Positions 27,620 through 37,998 of a stretch of DNA of 64,000 nt are shown piece by piece; position 1 is the stretch's first letter, and each line of letters opens with the position of its first letter. The position numbers and the translations under genes are program-made. Origin of the DNA: an uncultured Candidatus Rokubacteria bacterium (GTDB lineage Bacteria; Methylomirabilota; Methylomirabilia; Rokubacteriales; DASRDR01); NCBI GenBank assembly GCA_963708025.1, contig CAVPSB010000018.1:320001-384000 (forward strand). The letters run 5' to 3'. The notes under the pieces were generated by a model. It did not search any database, was not told where the DNA came from, and saw nothing but the letters and a program-made list of their open reading frames with translations.

Positions 27620-30600
27620 AGGCGATGAGATCGATCGGCAGCAGAGCGGTCACAAGGAACGCCGACCCCCAGGTGGGGGGCCAGGGGCGAGTGGTCGGGC
27701 TCCCCCCCAGTCGGAAGTCCCTCGACGCGCAGCCGATCGAACCAGACGCCGGCCGTCCCGCGGTAGATGCACGGGAACTCCAGCACCGTGGGCCGCGCCA
27801 GGACGAACGGGATCGCCAGCTCGACGTAGCGGCCGGCCTCGCCGACCTCGCCGCCCGCCAGCTCGCGTCCGCCCGCCATCGGGCCGCGCGAGGCAGCCTG
27901 GACGCCGCACCAGGCGAGCGGCGCCGCGGTGAGCCGGTCGAGCTTGAGGCGCACCCAGAGCCGGTAGCGCCCGGCGTCGTAACGCCGGAGCGGCCCGCTC
28001 CACACGGCGTCGCGGGGCGTCCGGCCCGGGTCGGCGTACCCGGCCAGGCCGCCGCTCGCGGCCGGGTCGGCTCGCTCGTCGAGCTCGTGGCCCAGTTCCT
28101 CTACCTCGAAGGCCGGCGCCGGGTCCGGAGCGTCGGCGAAGGCGACGGCGACGGCATCGACCGCCACCCACCCCGCGCCGTCCCACTTGACCCGGTACTC
28201 GACCGGCGCCGGCGCCTCCAGCGTCGAACTCGAGCGCCGACGTCCCCGAGCACGTCGCCGCCGGCGAGGCGCAGCTCCCGGGCGCCGAGCGCCCGCCGCC
28301 CGCCGTCCGCCGTGACCTGCAGCTCGACGCGGCTCCCGCCGCCGCCGCAGCCGGAAGACCGCGCGATAGGCGCCGGCCGGCAGGAGCCGGTAGGGACCGT
28401 GGATCGAGGAAGCCGGGCCGGTCCCGTCCGGCGCGGGCCAGGACCACGCGGCCGTTGGACGCCTCGGCGTCGGCGGCGATCTCGCCCGTCTCGCGCGGGA
28501 GCGACTCGGCCTCCCAGTAGATCCCGAGCGGGCTCCGGGGCGCGCCGGGGAGGGCGGGACCGGGGCGCTCGCGGACGCGGAAGACCCACAGGCCGCCGTC
28601 GTCCCCGGGCGCCCGGACCAGCTCGAGATACGGCGAGTGCCGGAGGCCGGCGAGGGTGAAGGCCGGGCCGAACGCGCTCACCTTCATCGGGAAGGCGTCG
28701 CGGTCGAGGATCACCTGGCGGACGCCGTAGCGCCGGAGGGCGGCGTGCTCGGCCTCGCCGACGGACGCCCAGGTTGACCGTCTCCGAGCGACCGGTACAC
28801 CTCGGTGACGTACGCGCGGTCGATCCACGCCGAGTAGCCGTTCAGCATCGGGGTCCGGGTGAGCGTCGTCGCGTAGAGGTAGAGCCCGGAGTAGGCGCTG
28901 TCGCCCGGCCAGAGGGGCACGTAGAGGGCCCGCGGCCCGATCGCGCGGATCGCGTCGTAGGTCTCGCCGCCGGTCGGCAGCAGGCTGACGCCGGTCAGTC
29001 GCCAGGGGTGGTACTCGACCGCGACCAGGCCGGCGAGGAGCACGGCGACGACCGCCGCGAGCCGCGCCCAGCCGGCTCGCCGCGAGCCGCCGCCCGAGCG
29101 CGTCGGTGCCGGCCGCCGCCAGGATCGCCAGCGCGAGCCCGACCACGATCTGGAACTTGGCCGGCTGGCGGACGAAGTTCCAGAACGGGACCAGGTAGAA
29201 GGCGGCCTCGAAGAGCGGCAGCCCCGGCAGGCGCGGCCCGAGCGACAGCGCGAGCCCGAGCGCGAGCCCGAGCGGGAAGACCGTGAGGACGCGCGCGCGG
29301 GGCGCCGGCGGCCGGCGCCACAGCGCGACGGTGCCGACGAGCGCGAGGGCGAGGGCGACGGCGCCCACGTAGACGGCCCGGCTCGCCGCCGGGTTGACGC
29401 GGATCAGGAGGTCGGCGGGCCACGGCGAGAACAGGAGCACCTCGTGGAGCGAGCGGCCGGCTCCGGAGACGGAGCGCCGGAGCAGCGCCTGGCGGAGGAG
29501 CACGAGGAAGCCCGCCCCGGCGGCGGCCCCGCCCGCCGCCAGCGCGAGCGGCGCCCAGGGGAGCCGCCGGCCGCGGGCGGCCCCGAGGAGCCAGACCGCG
29601 TGGATCACGACGGGAAGCGCGAGGGCGACCGGCACCAGCCTCGACGCCGACCCGGGTGCCGGCCGCGAGCGGCGGCCAGCCAGGGCAGACAGGCCAGCAG
29701 GCTCCGCCGGGCGGCGGCGCGGCCGTCCTCGACGGCTCCGGCGGCGCGGAGCCAGCCGGCCAGGCACTGCCAGAGGCCGAGCACGGCCAGCGCCGCCACG
29801 ATCGCCAGATGCCGAGCGCGCGGGTAGCGGCGCCTGCCAGTCCCGCGGCGCTCGAGGGCGCCGAGCGTGGCGGCCACCGCGGTCGCGAGCGCCACGACGA
29901 GGGCCAGCGACCCACCAGGCGCCGCCGACGCGCAGCGTGTCGCGGGTCCAGCCGCGGCGAGGCCGACGCGCGCCAGGCAGGTAGAGCGGGAGACCGAGCG
30001 CGGCGAAGTAGAAGAAGTGCGGCTCGACGATCGCGAGCGAGACCAGCGCGGCCGCGCACCAGGCCCCGCCGGCCAGCGAGCCGGCGAGCGCCCCCTCGAG
30101 GCCCCACAGCGCGAGCGGCGCCAGGAAGTAGGTGAGGCCGGCGGGTGCCCGCCGAGCAGGGCGCCCACCCGGTACGGGAGGCACGCGAAGATGGCGCCGG
30201 CCACCAGCGCGCCGCCGCGCCCGATCCCGTACCGGCTGCGCGAGGAGCGCCGTCGCCAGCCCCGCCGCCGGGAACGAGAGGAGGACGAGGAGGTTGTAGG
30301 CGAGCCGCGGGCCGGCGGCCGAGAGCGGCACGAAGGGGAGCGCGACCGGCAGGAAGGTGTTGGGCAGGTTCAGCCGGGGGCCGTCGACCGCGAACTGGTA
30401 GGGGTCGCGGAGGAAGGAGGCGCCGGCCAGGAGGCGATCGCGCACGAGCCACAGGTAGTAGTAGAACTGCAGGTAGTCGCCCTGGACCCGCCACGCGACC
30501 TCGCGGCCCTCGGGCGGCACGGCGCGCGAAGGGCAGGGCGTCGTCGAGGTGCGTGACGAGCGGGAAGGTGTACAGGACCGCGAGGAACGGAACGCCGCGA

Positions 30601-30647
30601 CGACGCCGAGGGCGGCCCGGCGCCCGGGCGCCGAGCGGGGGGATCAG
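27620..30647 (-). CDS. Second GT-C-like membrane protein with CBM-like domains, paralog of 25154-27618 (many frameshifts; ends approximate)
   Basis: LYTFPLVTH, GDYLQFYYYLWLVRD, VEPHFFY, RQPAKF, RTPMLNGYS, YWEAE...ASNG, WFDRLRVE. Confidence 0.65.
27663..27710 (+). repeat. G-run repeat family (cgacccccaggtgggggg..ccagggg..gagtggt.ggg.ctccccc)
   Basis: Related copies at 36564-36674 and 46499-46550. Confidence 0.75.
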
Positions 30648-31900
30648 GTGGGCCGGGGGGGAGATGCGCGCTCCGCCGGACGGCCCAAGGCCGGAGGCCC
30701 CGGCCCCCCGTCCGGGGGCCCGTCCGCGATCCGCCGGGCGCTCACAGGCACGCGGTAGACCTCGACCAGCCGGCCGGCCAGCGCGGGCCAGCCGAACTCG
30801 GCGACGGCGCGGTCGCGCAGCGCCTGGCCGCGCCACTTGCGCTCGCCGGCGTCGCCGAGGAGGGCGACGCAGGCCGCGGCCAGGGCGGTCGTGTCCCCGA
30901 GCGGGACGAGGACGCCGGCCTCGCCGAGGATCTCGCGCGAGATCGGCCCGTCGTAGGCGATCGTCGGCAGGCCGGTCGGCCATGTAGTTGAGGCAGCTTG
31001 CCGTTCGCCTCGGTCGCCGAGCGCTTGGGGCTCACCGCGACGTCGCCGAGGGCGAGGTAGCGCGGGGCCTCGCGGTAGTCGATGCGGCCGGTGACGGTGA
31101 CGGAGCCGTCCAGCCCCGCCCGCGCGACGGCGTCCCGGTAGCGCGCGTCGTTCGGGTAGCCCATCAGCAGGAGGTGGGCATCCGGGACCGCGGCGACGAC
31201 CGCGGGCCAGGCCGCCAGCAGGTCGTCGACGCCCTGATACGGGGTGAGGACGCCCAGGAAGACGACCACCCGCCGGCCCTCGAGGCGGAGGGCCCGGCGC
31301 AGATCGTCGGCCGGGAGTCCCGGGCGGAAGACCTCGGGGTCCACGCCGTCCGGCAGCGCGACCACGCGATCGCCGCCGCCCCAGCGCTCGGCGAGCTCGC
31401 GCGCGAAGCTCGTGGACGACGCGAGCAGCCGGGTGGGCCCGCGCACGATCGCCCGCTCGAGGATCCGGGCCAGCGCCGGCAGGGGTCCGCGGGCGGGGAT
31501 CGTGTGGTGATCGATCAGCTCGCCGGTGAGGCTGCCCTGGAGGTCGGCGACGGCCGGCCGGCCGAAGAGGCGGCCCAGGACGGCCGCCAGGGCGGCGCCC
31601 TCGTGCAGGTGGCCGTGGACCACGTCGGGCCGGAAGCGCCGGGCCGCCCGGGCGGCCGTGATCAGGAGCAGGAGGTCGAGATACGGCTTGTGGATCGAGA
31701 AGCCGACCGGCAGTCGTGCGCACCCAGGGGAGCCGGGCGGTCCGCACGGTGCGGACCTCGGGCACGTCGCGGCCGACGTGGTAGGTGGCGACCAGGACCT
31801 CCACCGCGTGACGGCGGAGGGCGCGCACCTCCTCGAGGATGCGGACGTGGCAGCCGCGGTCGCCGAAGAACGGCGTCGGCGCCACCATCAGGACGCGCAT
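30644..31900 (-). CDS. GT4 glycosyltransferase (frameshifts near 31715 and 30985)
   Basis: MRVLMVAPTPFFGDRGCHVRI, VHGHLHEG, FLGVLTPYQG, VSPKRSATEANGK. Confidence 0.85.
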   Translation of the reverse strand: MRVLMVAPTPFFGDRGCHVRILEEVRALRRHAVEVLVATYHVGRDVPEVRTVRTARLPWVRTTAGRLLDPQAVSRPPAPDHGRPGGPALPARRGPRPPARGRRPGGRPGPPLRPAGRRRPPGQPHRRADRSPHDPRPRTPAGAGPDPRAGDRARAHPAARVVHELRARARRALGRRRSRGRAAGRRGPRGLPPGTPGRRSAPGPPPRGPAGGRLPGRPHPVSGRRRPAGGLARGRRRGPGCPPPADGLPERRALPGRRRAGGAGRLRHRHRPHRLPRGPALPRPRRRRGEPQALGDRGERQAASTTWPTGLPTIAYDGPISREILGEAGVLVPLGDTTALAAACVALLGDAGERKWRGQALRDRAVAEFGWPALAGRLVEVYRVPVSARRIADGPPDGGPGPPALGRPAERASPPRPT

Positions 31901-31989
31901 GCGGGCTCGGGCATCGACCGGGCGGACGTCGGTAGCCGGCGGGGGTCCGGCCTGTGAACTGGCCTATGGCAGATGAGTCACGTTCTCGT

Positions 31990-32072
31990 GGGCGGGGCCG
32001 AGAAGCGAGCAGCGCCCAAAGGCCGAAGGCCGTCCGAAGGACGACGTGCTGCGAAGCTCATCGGCCCCGCCC
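31990..32072 (+). repeat. Long-hairpin element, short copy A
   Basis: gggcggggccga...tcggccccgccc terminal stem enclosing the GAA module; CTAG at 32074. Confidence 0.85.
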
Positions 32073-32137
32073 GCTAGATTCCTTGAGGGCCAGAAGTCGT
32101 GCTGAATGAGTCAAGTTTCAGCAACACCGGCTCTCGT

Positions 32138-32259
32138 GGCGTGGCCGAGACCCGAGCAGCCCTAGGACGCAGGGAGTCGCCGACCGGAAGCGTACCCCGG
32201 GTACGCTGAGGATCGGCGACGACCGAGGACGACGGGATGCGACGGGTATCGGCCACGCC
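32138..32259 (+). repeat. Long-hairpin element, copy B
   Basis: Nested stems ggcgtggccga/tcggccacgcc, gtcgccga/tcggcgac, agcgtac/gtacgct; CTAG at 32261. Confidence 0.9.
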
Positions 32260-32260
32260 G

Positions 32261-33301
32261 CTAGACTTTGACGAGCCGCCGCAGCCACCCGTACGACATC
32301 ACGTGGTCGGAGAGGAACGCGCTCAGGTAGTCGGTCGGGACGCCCATCACCTGGCGCCGCCAGATCCGATCGCAGCTATAGCACGGGAGCTCCTTGGGGA
32401 TGTCGCCGGTGGCCATCCGCTGGCGCAGCTCGACCAGCCGGTCGTCGTTCCAGATGGCGCGGAGGGGCTTGTCCTTGAGGTCGCCCATGCCCAGCTTGGA
32501 GAAGAAGTCCTGCGGGCAGGCGGTGACGGTGCCGTCCCAGTAGATCGTCGACGAGTACCAGAGGAACGTGCACGGCGTGAACCGGCGGCCGTCGGCGAGC
32601 AGGGCGTCTCGCGACAGATCCGGCATGAAGACGTCGCCCGCCCAGTTGTGCGGTGAGCGGAGAACGACCCGGTCGAGCGGGAGGCCCTTGAACTGGTCGA
32701 GGAAGCCACGCCGCAGGCGCTTCAGCTCGTCGCGGTCCGGCGCCCCGATCTCCATCACCTGGAGCACGGTGTAGGGCCGCTTGGAGCGGAGCTCGCGCTT
32801 GAGCTGGAGGAAGCGCTTGAGGTGGTCGAGGGCCCACTCGAATTTCGCCCCGACGCGGTTCTTCTCGTACATGTCCTTGTCGTAGCCGTCGAAGGAGCAG
32901 GACATGAAGTCGAGACCGGATTCGATGAGCGCGCGGGCCTTCTTCTCGTTGAGCAGCGTGATGTTGGTGTGGATTCGGGTGTAGAGCCCTTGCGCGCGGG
33001 CGTAGGCGACCATCTCGGGGAGCTTCGGGTGCATCGTCGGCTCCCCGCGGTGGAAGAGGTTCACGTCGTAGGCGTAGTCCGCGACCTCGTCGATGATCCG
33101 CTTGAAGAGGTCGATGTCCATGAAGCCGTGGTCTTCCTTGACGATGTCCTTGTTCGGACAGTAGCCGCAGCGAAGGTTGCAGCGGCTCGTGGACTCGATC
33201 CACAGGCGCACCGGGAGCTGCGGGACCCACCTGGCTCCCGTTTTGTACGCCCAGAAGATCTTGACCAGGCGGACGAGGTGCTTGAGCTGGCGTCCGTCCA
33301 T
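32261..33301 (-). CDS. Radical SAM protein with SPASM/twitch domain
   Basis: CNLRCGYC, LFHRGEP, PCTFLW...IYWDGTVTACPQD...CYSC; start 33301 or 33310. Confidence 0.92.
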   Translation of the reverse strand: MDGRQLKHLVRLVKIFWAYKTGARWVPQLPVRLWIESTSRCNLRCGYCPNKDIVKEDHGFMDIDLFKRIIDEVADYAYDVNLFHRGEPTMHPKLPEMVAYARAQGLYTRIHTNITLLNEKKARALIESGLDFMSCSFDGYDKDMYEKNRVGAKFEWALDHLKRFLQLKRELRSKRPYTVLQVMEIGAPDRDELKRLRRGFLDQFKGLPLDRVVLRSPHNWAGDVFMPDLSRDALLADGRRFTPCTFLWYSSTIYWDGTVTACPQDFFSKLGMGDLKDKPLRAIWNDDRLVELRQRMATGDIPKELPCYSCDRIWRRQVMGVPTDYLSAFLSDHVMSYGWLRRLVKV

Positions 33302-33308
33302 CCCGCGC

Positions 33309-33314
33309 ATTATA
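33309..33314 (-). promoter_or_regulatory. Perfect -10 box, probably a leaderless transcript
   Basis: TATAAT followed by 7 nt, then ATG at 33301 on the - strand. Confidence 0.55.
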
Positions 33315-33319
33315 ACCGG

Positions 33320-34190
33320 TTATCCGCGGAGATGTCCCTTGGCGGCGAGGTACGCCCGGAGCGCCTCGGCCCACGGCCGCAGCGGCGGGAGGCCCAGCGC
33401 CGGGAGCCGCGTGTTCCGGAGCACGGAGTTCGCCGGCCGCCGGGCGGGCGCCCCGTACGCCTCGCTGGTGGTCGGCTCGAGATCCGGCGCGAGCCCGGTC
33501 AGCTCGAAGATGCGGCGGGCGAACTCGAACCACGAGCAGGCGCCGCCGTTGGTGAGGTGGTAGACGCCGCCGGGAGGGTCGGCGGCCAGGAGCCGCCCGA
33601 CCGCCTCGGCGAGATCCGCGGTGAAGGTCGGCGCCAGCACCTGATCGTCCACGACGCGCAGGCGCTTGCCGCTCGCGAGCCAGGCGGAGCATCGTCTCCA
33701 CGAAGTTGCCGCCCTTGCCGCTCGAGCCGGCGACGCCGTAGAGGCCCGAGCTGCGGATCACCAGGTGTCGCGGGCTGGCCTGTTGCACGAGGAATTCCCC
33801 GGCCAGCTTGGAGGCGCCGTAGGCGCTGACGGGGGCCGGCGGCGCGTCCTCGGCGTACGGCCCCGGCCCGCTGCCGCCGAAGACGTAGTCGGTGCTGACG
33901 TGGACGAGGCGGGCCGCGTGGCGCGCGCACGAACGGGCCAGGTGATGGACGGCGACGGCGTTGACGCGGAAGGCCGGCCCGGGGTCGGCCTCGATGTCGT
34001 CCACCCGGTGGAACGCCGCGGTGTTGACGACGACGCCCGGGCGGATCTCGCCGACGACGCGCTCGACCGCCGCGGCGTCGGTGACGTCCAGCTCGTGTCG
34101 CGTGAGGGCGACGAGCCGCGGTCCGGCCAGGACGCGCGCCAGGTCGCTCCCGAGCTGGCCGTTCGCCCCGATGAGCACGACGCGCTCCAT
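33320..34190 (-). CDS. rfbD: dTDP-4-dehydrorhamnose reductase (frameshift near 33675)
   Basis: LIGANGQLG, NTAAFHRVD, VSTDYVFGG, YGASKLAGE, NFVETMLRL, DDQ..APT, ARRPANS. Confidence 0.9.
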
Positions 34191-34200
34191 GCCGCGACTA

Positions 34201-37131
34201 TCACCAGATCCGGCCGAGGGCTCGGCTCGCGGCGTCTCCGACCGCGCTGCAGCCCGGCTCCGAGGAAGCTTCGACCACCTCGATCGTGCCAAGCTCGACG
34301 CTCGGGCTCCACGCCGGCAGGATGCCGGCGATCCAGCGGCGGAGCCGCTGCCCGGAGGCCGGACGCCAGACGCCGAGCACTATGCGGTAGGTCCCCGGGG
34401 GCGTCTCCGGCGGCACGACGACCCGCCGATGCTCCACGACGGCCTGCGGCCCCGCGGTGAGCCCGCGAATCCGCTCCGGGAGCCCATGGTCGTCGGCGAA
34501 GCGCCCGCGCTCGCCCCCGACGCGCACGAAGTGGACGTAGGCGGCGAGGCCGCTGGCGGGCTCGCGGAGCCGCCAGTGGGTAGGCGAGGTCGAGCGGCCT
34601 CGCCCGGGTGGAGGCGGCGTGGCGCGACCTGGTAGCCGACCAGCTCGACCGCGCGGCCGAAGGTCGCGGCGACCGGACGGGCCGGGGTGCCGGGCGGCCT
34701 GCGCCTCGGCCCGGAGCCGCGTCGCCTCCGCGGCGTCGCCCGCCGGCGGCGGCGACCGCGGCCCGGGCCTCGGCCAGGTCGGCGTACACGAGCTCGGGGC
34801 CGAGCCCGACGGCCAGTCGCGCGTAGATGAGCCGGGCCTCCTCGACGAGCCCGAGCCGGGCGTAGCGCGCCGCCCGCTCGGCCGGACAGCCGGCCAGGAC
34901 GTTCAGGTCACCGGCCAGCCGGAGGAACTCACGCGTAGCCCTCGGGGTCGTCGGGCGCGTCGCGCATCGCCTCGCGGTACCGCGTGAGCGCCGGCCCCGA
35001 GCGCGCCGGCTGCTTCGAGCCGGCGCCCCGCGTCGATCGCCTCGCCGGCCGGCGCCGGCCCCGGCGGCCGGTCCGAGCACGAACAGCTCCGACACCGCCC
35101 AGTTCCCCGCCGGCGCCACCTCGGTCAGCCGGAGCCGGCGCGCCTCGACCGGGCGGAAAGCGGACGGTCATCGCCCGCGTCGGCACGGCGCGGAGCGCGC
35201 CGTTCGCGCCAGAAGGGCGTGAAGCCGCCGGTCTCGACCCGGGTCACGGTGCGGGCCGGTCCCGCGCCGTCGGCGGCGTCCACGACGAGCCCCTGGACGA
35301 CGTGCTCCGGCTGGTCCGTCAGGAGCGTCAGGCCCGCGACCGCGTGGGTCTGGCCGAGGTCGACCTCGACCCAGGCCGTGCCCGGCGGCCCGGGCGCGCT
35401 CGACCAGCCCGACTCGATCTGCGTCGTCGGTCAGCGTGGCCGTCTCCCCCGTCCCGCGCTGGTGCGCACCGTCCACCCCGCGCGCGGGAGGCCGACGACG
35501 GCCGGCGGCGGCGTGAAGTCCCAGAAGAGGGTGAAGCCGCCGACCTGGCTCGCGCTGGCTCCGGACCTGGAGCATCTTGAGCCAGTTCTCGAAGAGTCGC
35601 GACGCCGCCGCGGACCAGGTGGACGGGACGGGGCGACGTCGTCCACGGCCTTCGTGTAGGGCCGGCTGCTTGTCGTTGAACGGCTCGGCGATGATGATCC
35701 GCTCGCCGGAGTCGAAGGTCAGGCGCGGGGCGACCCAGTACTCGTAGGCGTAGGCCCGGCGGAGCCCGCGCGCCTCGCAGGAAGGCGAAGAGGGCCCGGT
35801 CCTGGGCGCGCTCGGCCCGGTAGGCGGCCCGGCTCGTCCGGCCACAGCACCGTGACGTCGCGGACCAGCGGGATGCCGACGGCGACGAGGTAGGCGGCGG
35901 CGCCGGCGACGGCCACGAGGCGACTGCGGCGCCAGGTGAGCTGGCAGGCGCGCGCCAGGATGAGCGCCAGCGGCGGGGCCAGCGGGACGAGGTAGCGCGG
36001 CACCGCCAGGAAGCGGCCGTACCACACCATGCCGACGGTGATCGCCGCGGCGGCCAGCACGAGCGCCTCCCCGGCAAGCGCGGGGTCGCGCCGGAGGCGC
36101 CGCCACCCCCACAGGACCCGTACGGCGAGCAGGCGGTGGCGGCCCCCGGCCACGACCGGGATGACGAGGAAGAACGGCCACGGGAGGTACGGGCGGCGTG
36201 TTGACGTAGTCCTGGACCCCGAGGATGACCGGCAGGTGGTTGAGGAGGAGGCTCCGGGCGGCCGTCGCGGCCGGACTCCGCGCCCTGGAAGCGGACGCCG
36301 ACGTCGAAGGTGGCCCAGCCGTGGGTCAGGTTGTAGATCCAGAACGGCAGGCTGCCGAGGAGGAAGGCGCCGAGCCCGAGCCAGGCGCCGCGCCGCGGGG
36401 GAGCCCGGGATCGACGAGCAGCAGGGCGAGGGCCGCGGGGACGAGCGCGTCCACGATCTGGAAGCCGAAGTAGAGGCCGAGGCCGCCGGCCAGCCCCATC
36501 GCGACGAGCGCCCGGGCCCGGGCGGCCTCGAGGCGCGAGGCCGACAGCGGTGCCGAGGGCGTCCGACCCCCAGGTGGGGGGGGTCCAGGGGGGGGACCGC
36601 CGGAGGGACCGGACGTCCGAGGGCCGCAGGCCCGAGGCGTCCGGGCGACTCGACACTTGGGACTCCCGCCCCTGATGACAGCCGGGCGAGCCAGAGCGCG
36701 GCGCCGAGGAGGACGATCTGACCGACCAGGAGGTGCTCGATGTAGTAGGCGCGGGCGCGCACGTAGTGGGCGACGACGTACGGCGAGACGACCGTCGCGA
36801 AGAGGATCGCCAGCAGGCCGGCGCCGCGGCCGAAGAGGAGCGCGCCCGTCCGGTAGAGGGCCAGGACGAGGCCGAGGGCGGCCAGGGCCGGGACCAGGCT
36901 GAGCGCGGTGCGCGAGATGCCGAAGAGGAAGAAGGTCACGGCGGCGCCGTACGACTCGGGGATGCCGGCGTGGTGCTGGCCCCAGAAGAAGATCGGGAAC
37001 TCGCCGCGGAGGATGTGGACGCCCATCAGCCCCGTGATGGCCTGGTCGGAGTCCAGCCGGGGCGCCGCCAGGTGGAGCCCGAGGAGCAGCGCGAAGACGG
37101 CGAGGAGGGCCCAGAGCCTCCAGTCCCGCAC
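34201..37131 (-). CDS. ArnT-like GT-C glycosyltransferase with large C-terminal region (discoidin-like, TPR-like and Ig-like parts), many frameshifts, internal repeat insertion
   Basis: DSDQAITGLMG, FPIFFWGQ, GSLPFWIYN, PRYLVP, YWVAPRLTF, WVEVDLG, PPGTYRIVLGVW. Confidence 0.7.
36564..36674 (+). repeat. G-run repeat with nested gggccGCAggccc module (36603-36645), inside a CDS
   Basis: Flanks match 46499-46550; core matches 6196-6239. Confidence 0.8.
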
Positions 37132-37146
37132 TGGCTAGCGGTTGAG

Positions 37147-37292
37147 GTGCCGGGCCGAGAACCGAGCAGCCCGCACAGGCCGAAGGCCGTCCAATGGACG
37201 CAGGGCGGCGCCCACCGCAGACGTACGCCCTGGTACGTCGAGGATGGGCGCCGCCCGAGGACGACGGGATGCGACGGTTATCGGCACGGCAC
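37147..37292 (+). repeat. Long-hairpin element, copy C
   Basis: gtgccgggccga/tcggcacggcac, aaccg/cggtt, gggcggcgccca/tgggcgccgccc, gacgtac/gtacgtc; CTAG at 37135 and 37292. Confidence 0.9.
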
Positions 37293-37993
37293 TAGCGACC
37301 GGTGAAGCGGAGGCGGAAGACGGAGCCCAGGTAGGTCCAGAAGTAGGCGAAGAAGCGCGTCTTGGACTCGCCGCCCTTCCGGAAGCGGTAGACGGTGGGG
37401 ATCTCCAGGACGCGGCCACCCCGCTGCACCACCTGGTAGAGGAGGCGGATCGCGTAGTCGCCGTAGCCGTAGAAGATCCGCCCGGCGTCGAGCCCGTCGA
37501 GCAGCGACCGCCGGAAGGCGAGGTAGCCGGACAGGTTGTCGTGGATGCGGAGCCCGAGGACGACCCGGATCAGGATGTTGAAGGCGTAGGAGGCCCAGTA
37601 GCGGAACGCCGAGGTGAGCATGCCGCCGCCCAGGACGTAGCGGGAGCCGATCACGACGTCGAACTCCTCGGCGCAGCGGAGCATGAGCGGCAGGAGCGCC
37701 GGGTCGTGGTTCCCGTCGGAGTCCATGACGACCACGAAGTCGCCCCGCGCCTCGACGATGCCCCGGTGGATGGCGGAGGCGAGCCCCCGCTCGCCGCGGC
37801 GGACGTGAACCCGCACCGCCGGCTCGGCCCGGAACGCCTCCTCGACGTGGGCGCCGGTGCCGTCGGGCGAGTCGTCGTCCACGACGAGGACCTCGAAGTC
37901 GAGCCGGGCCGCCCGGGCGATGGCGACGATCTCCGCCACCAGCTCGGCGATGCCGTCGCGCTCGTTGTAGGTCGGCAGGATCACCGAGACCAA
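37292..37993 (-). CDS. Polyprenol-phosphate glycosyltransferase (DPM1-like GT2)
   Basis: SVILPTYNE, VVDDDSPDGT, VMDSDGNHDP, GSRYV, RKGGESK. Confidence 0.9.
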   Translation of the reverse strand: MVSVILPTYNERDGIAELVAEIVAIARAARLDFEVLVVDDDSPDGTGAHVEEAFRAEPAVRVHVRRGERGLASAIHRGIVEARGDFVVVMDSDGNHDPALLPLMLRCAEEFDVVIGSRYVLGGGMLTSAFRYWASYAFNILIRVVLGLRIHDNLSGYLAFRRSLLDGLDAGRIFYGYGDYAIRLLYQVVQRGGRVLEIPTVYRFRKGGESKTRFFAYFWTYLGSVFRLRFTGR

Positions 37994-37998
37994 CGCGT

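Noticed and set aside
32074-32256. Small ORF as RiPP precursor for the radical SAM/SPASM enzyme
   Set aside because: It is a translation of the palindromic repeat, as are ORFs 37135..37419, 51007..51237 and the false lptD extension to 55750
31960-32264. CRISPR array or tRNA in the repeat cluster
   Set aside because: No regular repeat-spacer period, no cas genes, and no cloverleaf with a T-loop or CCA end
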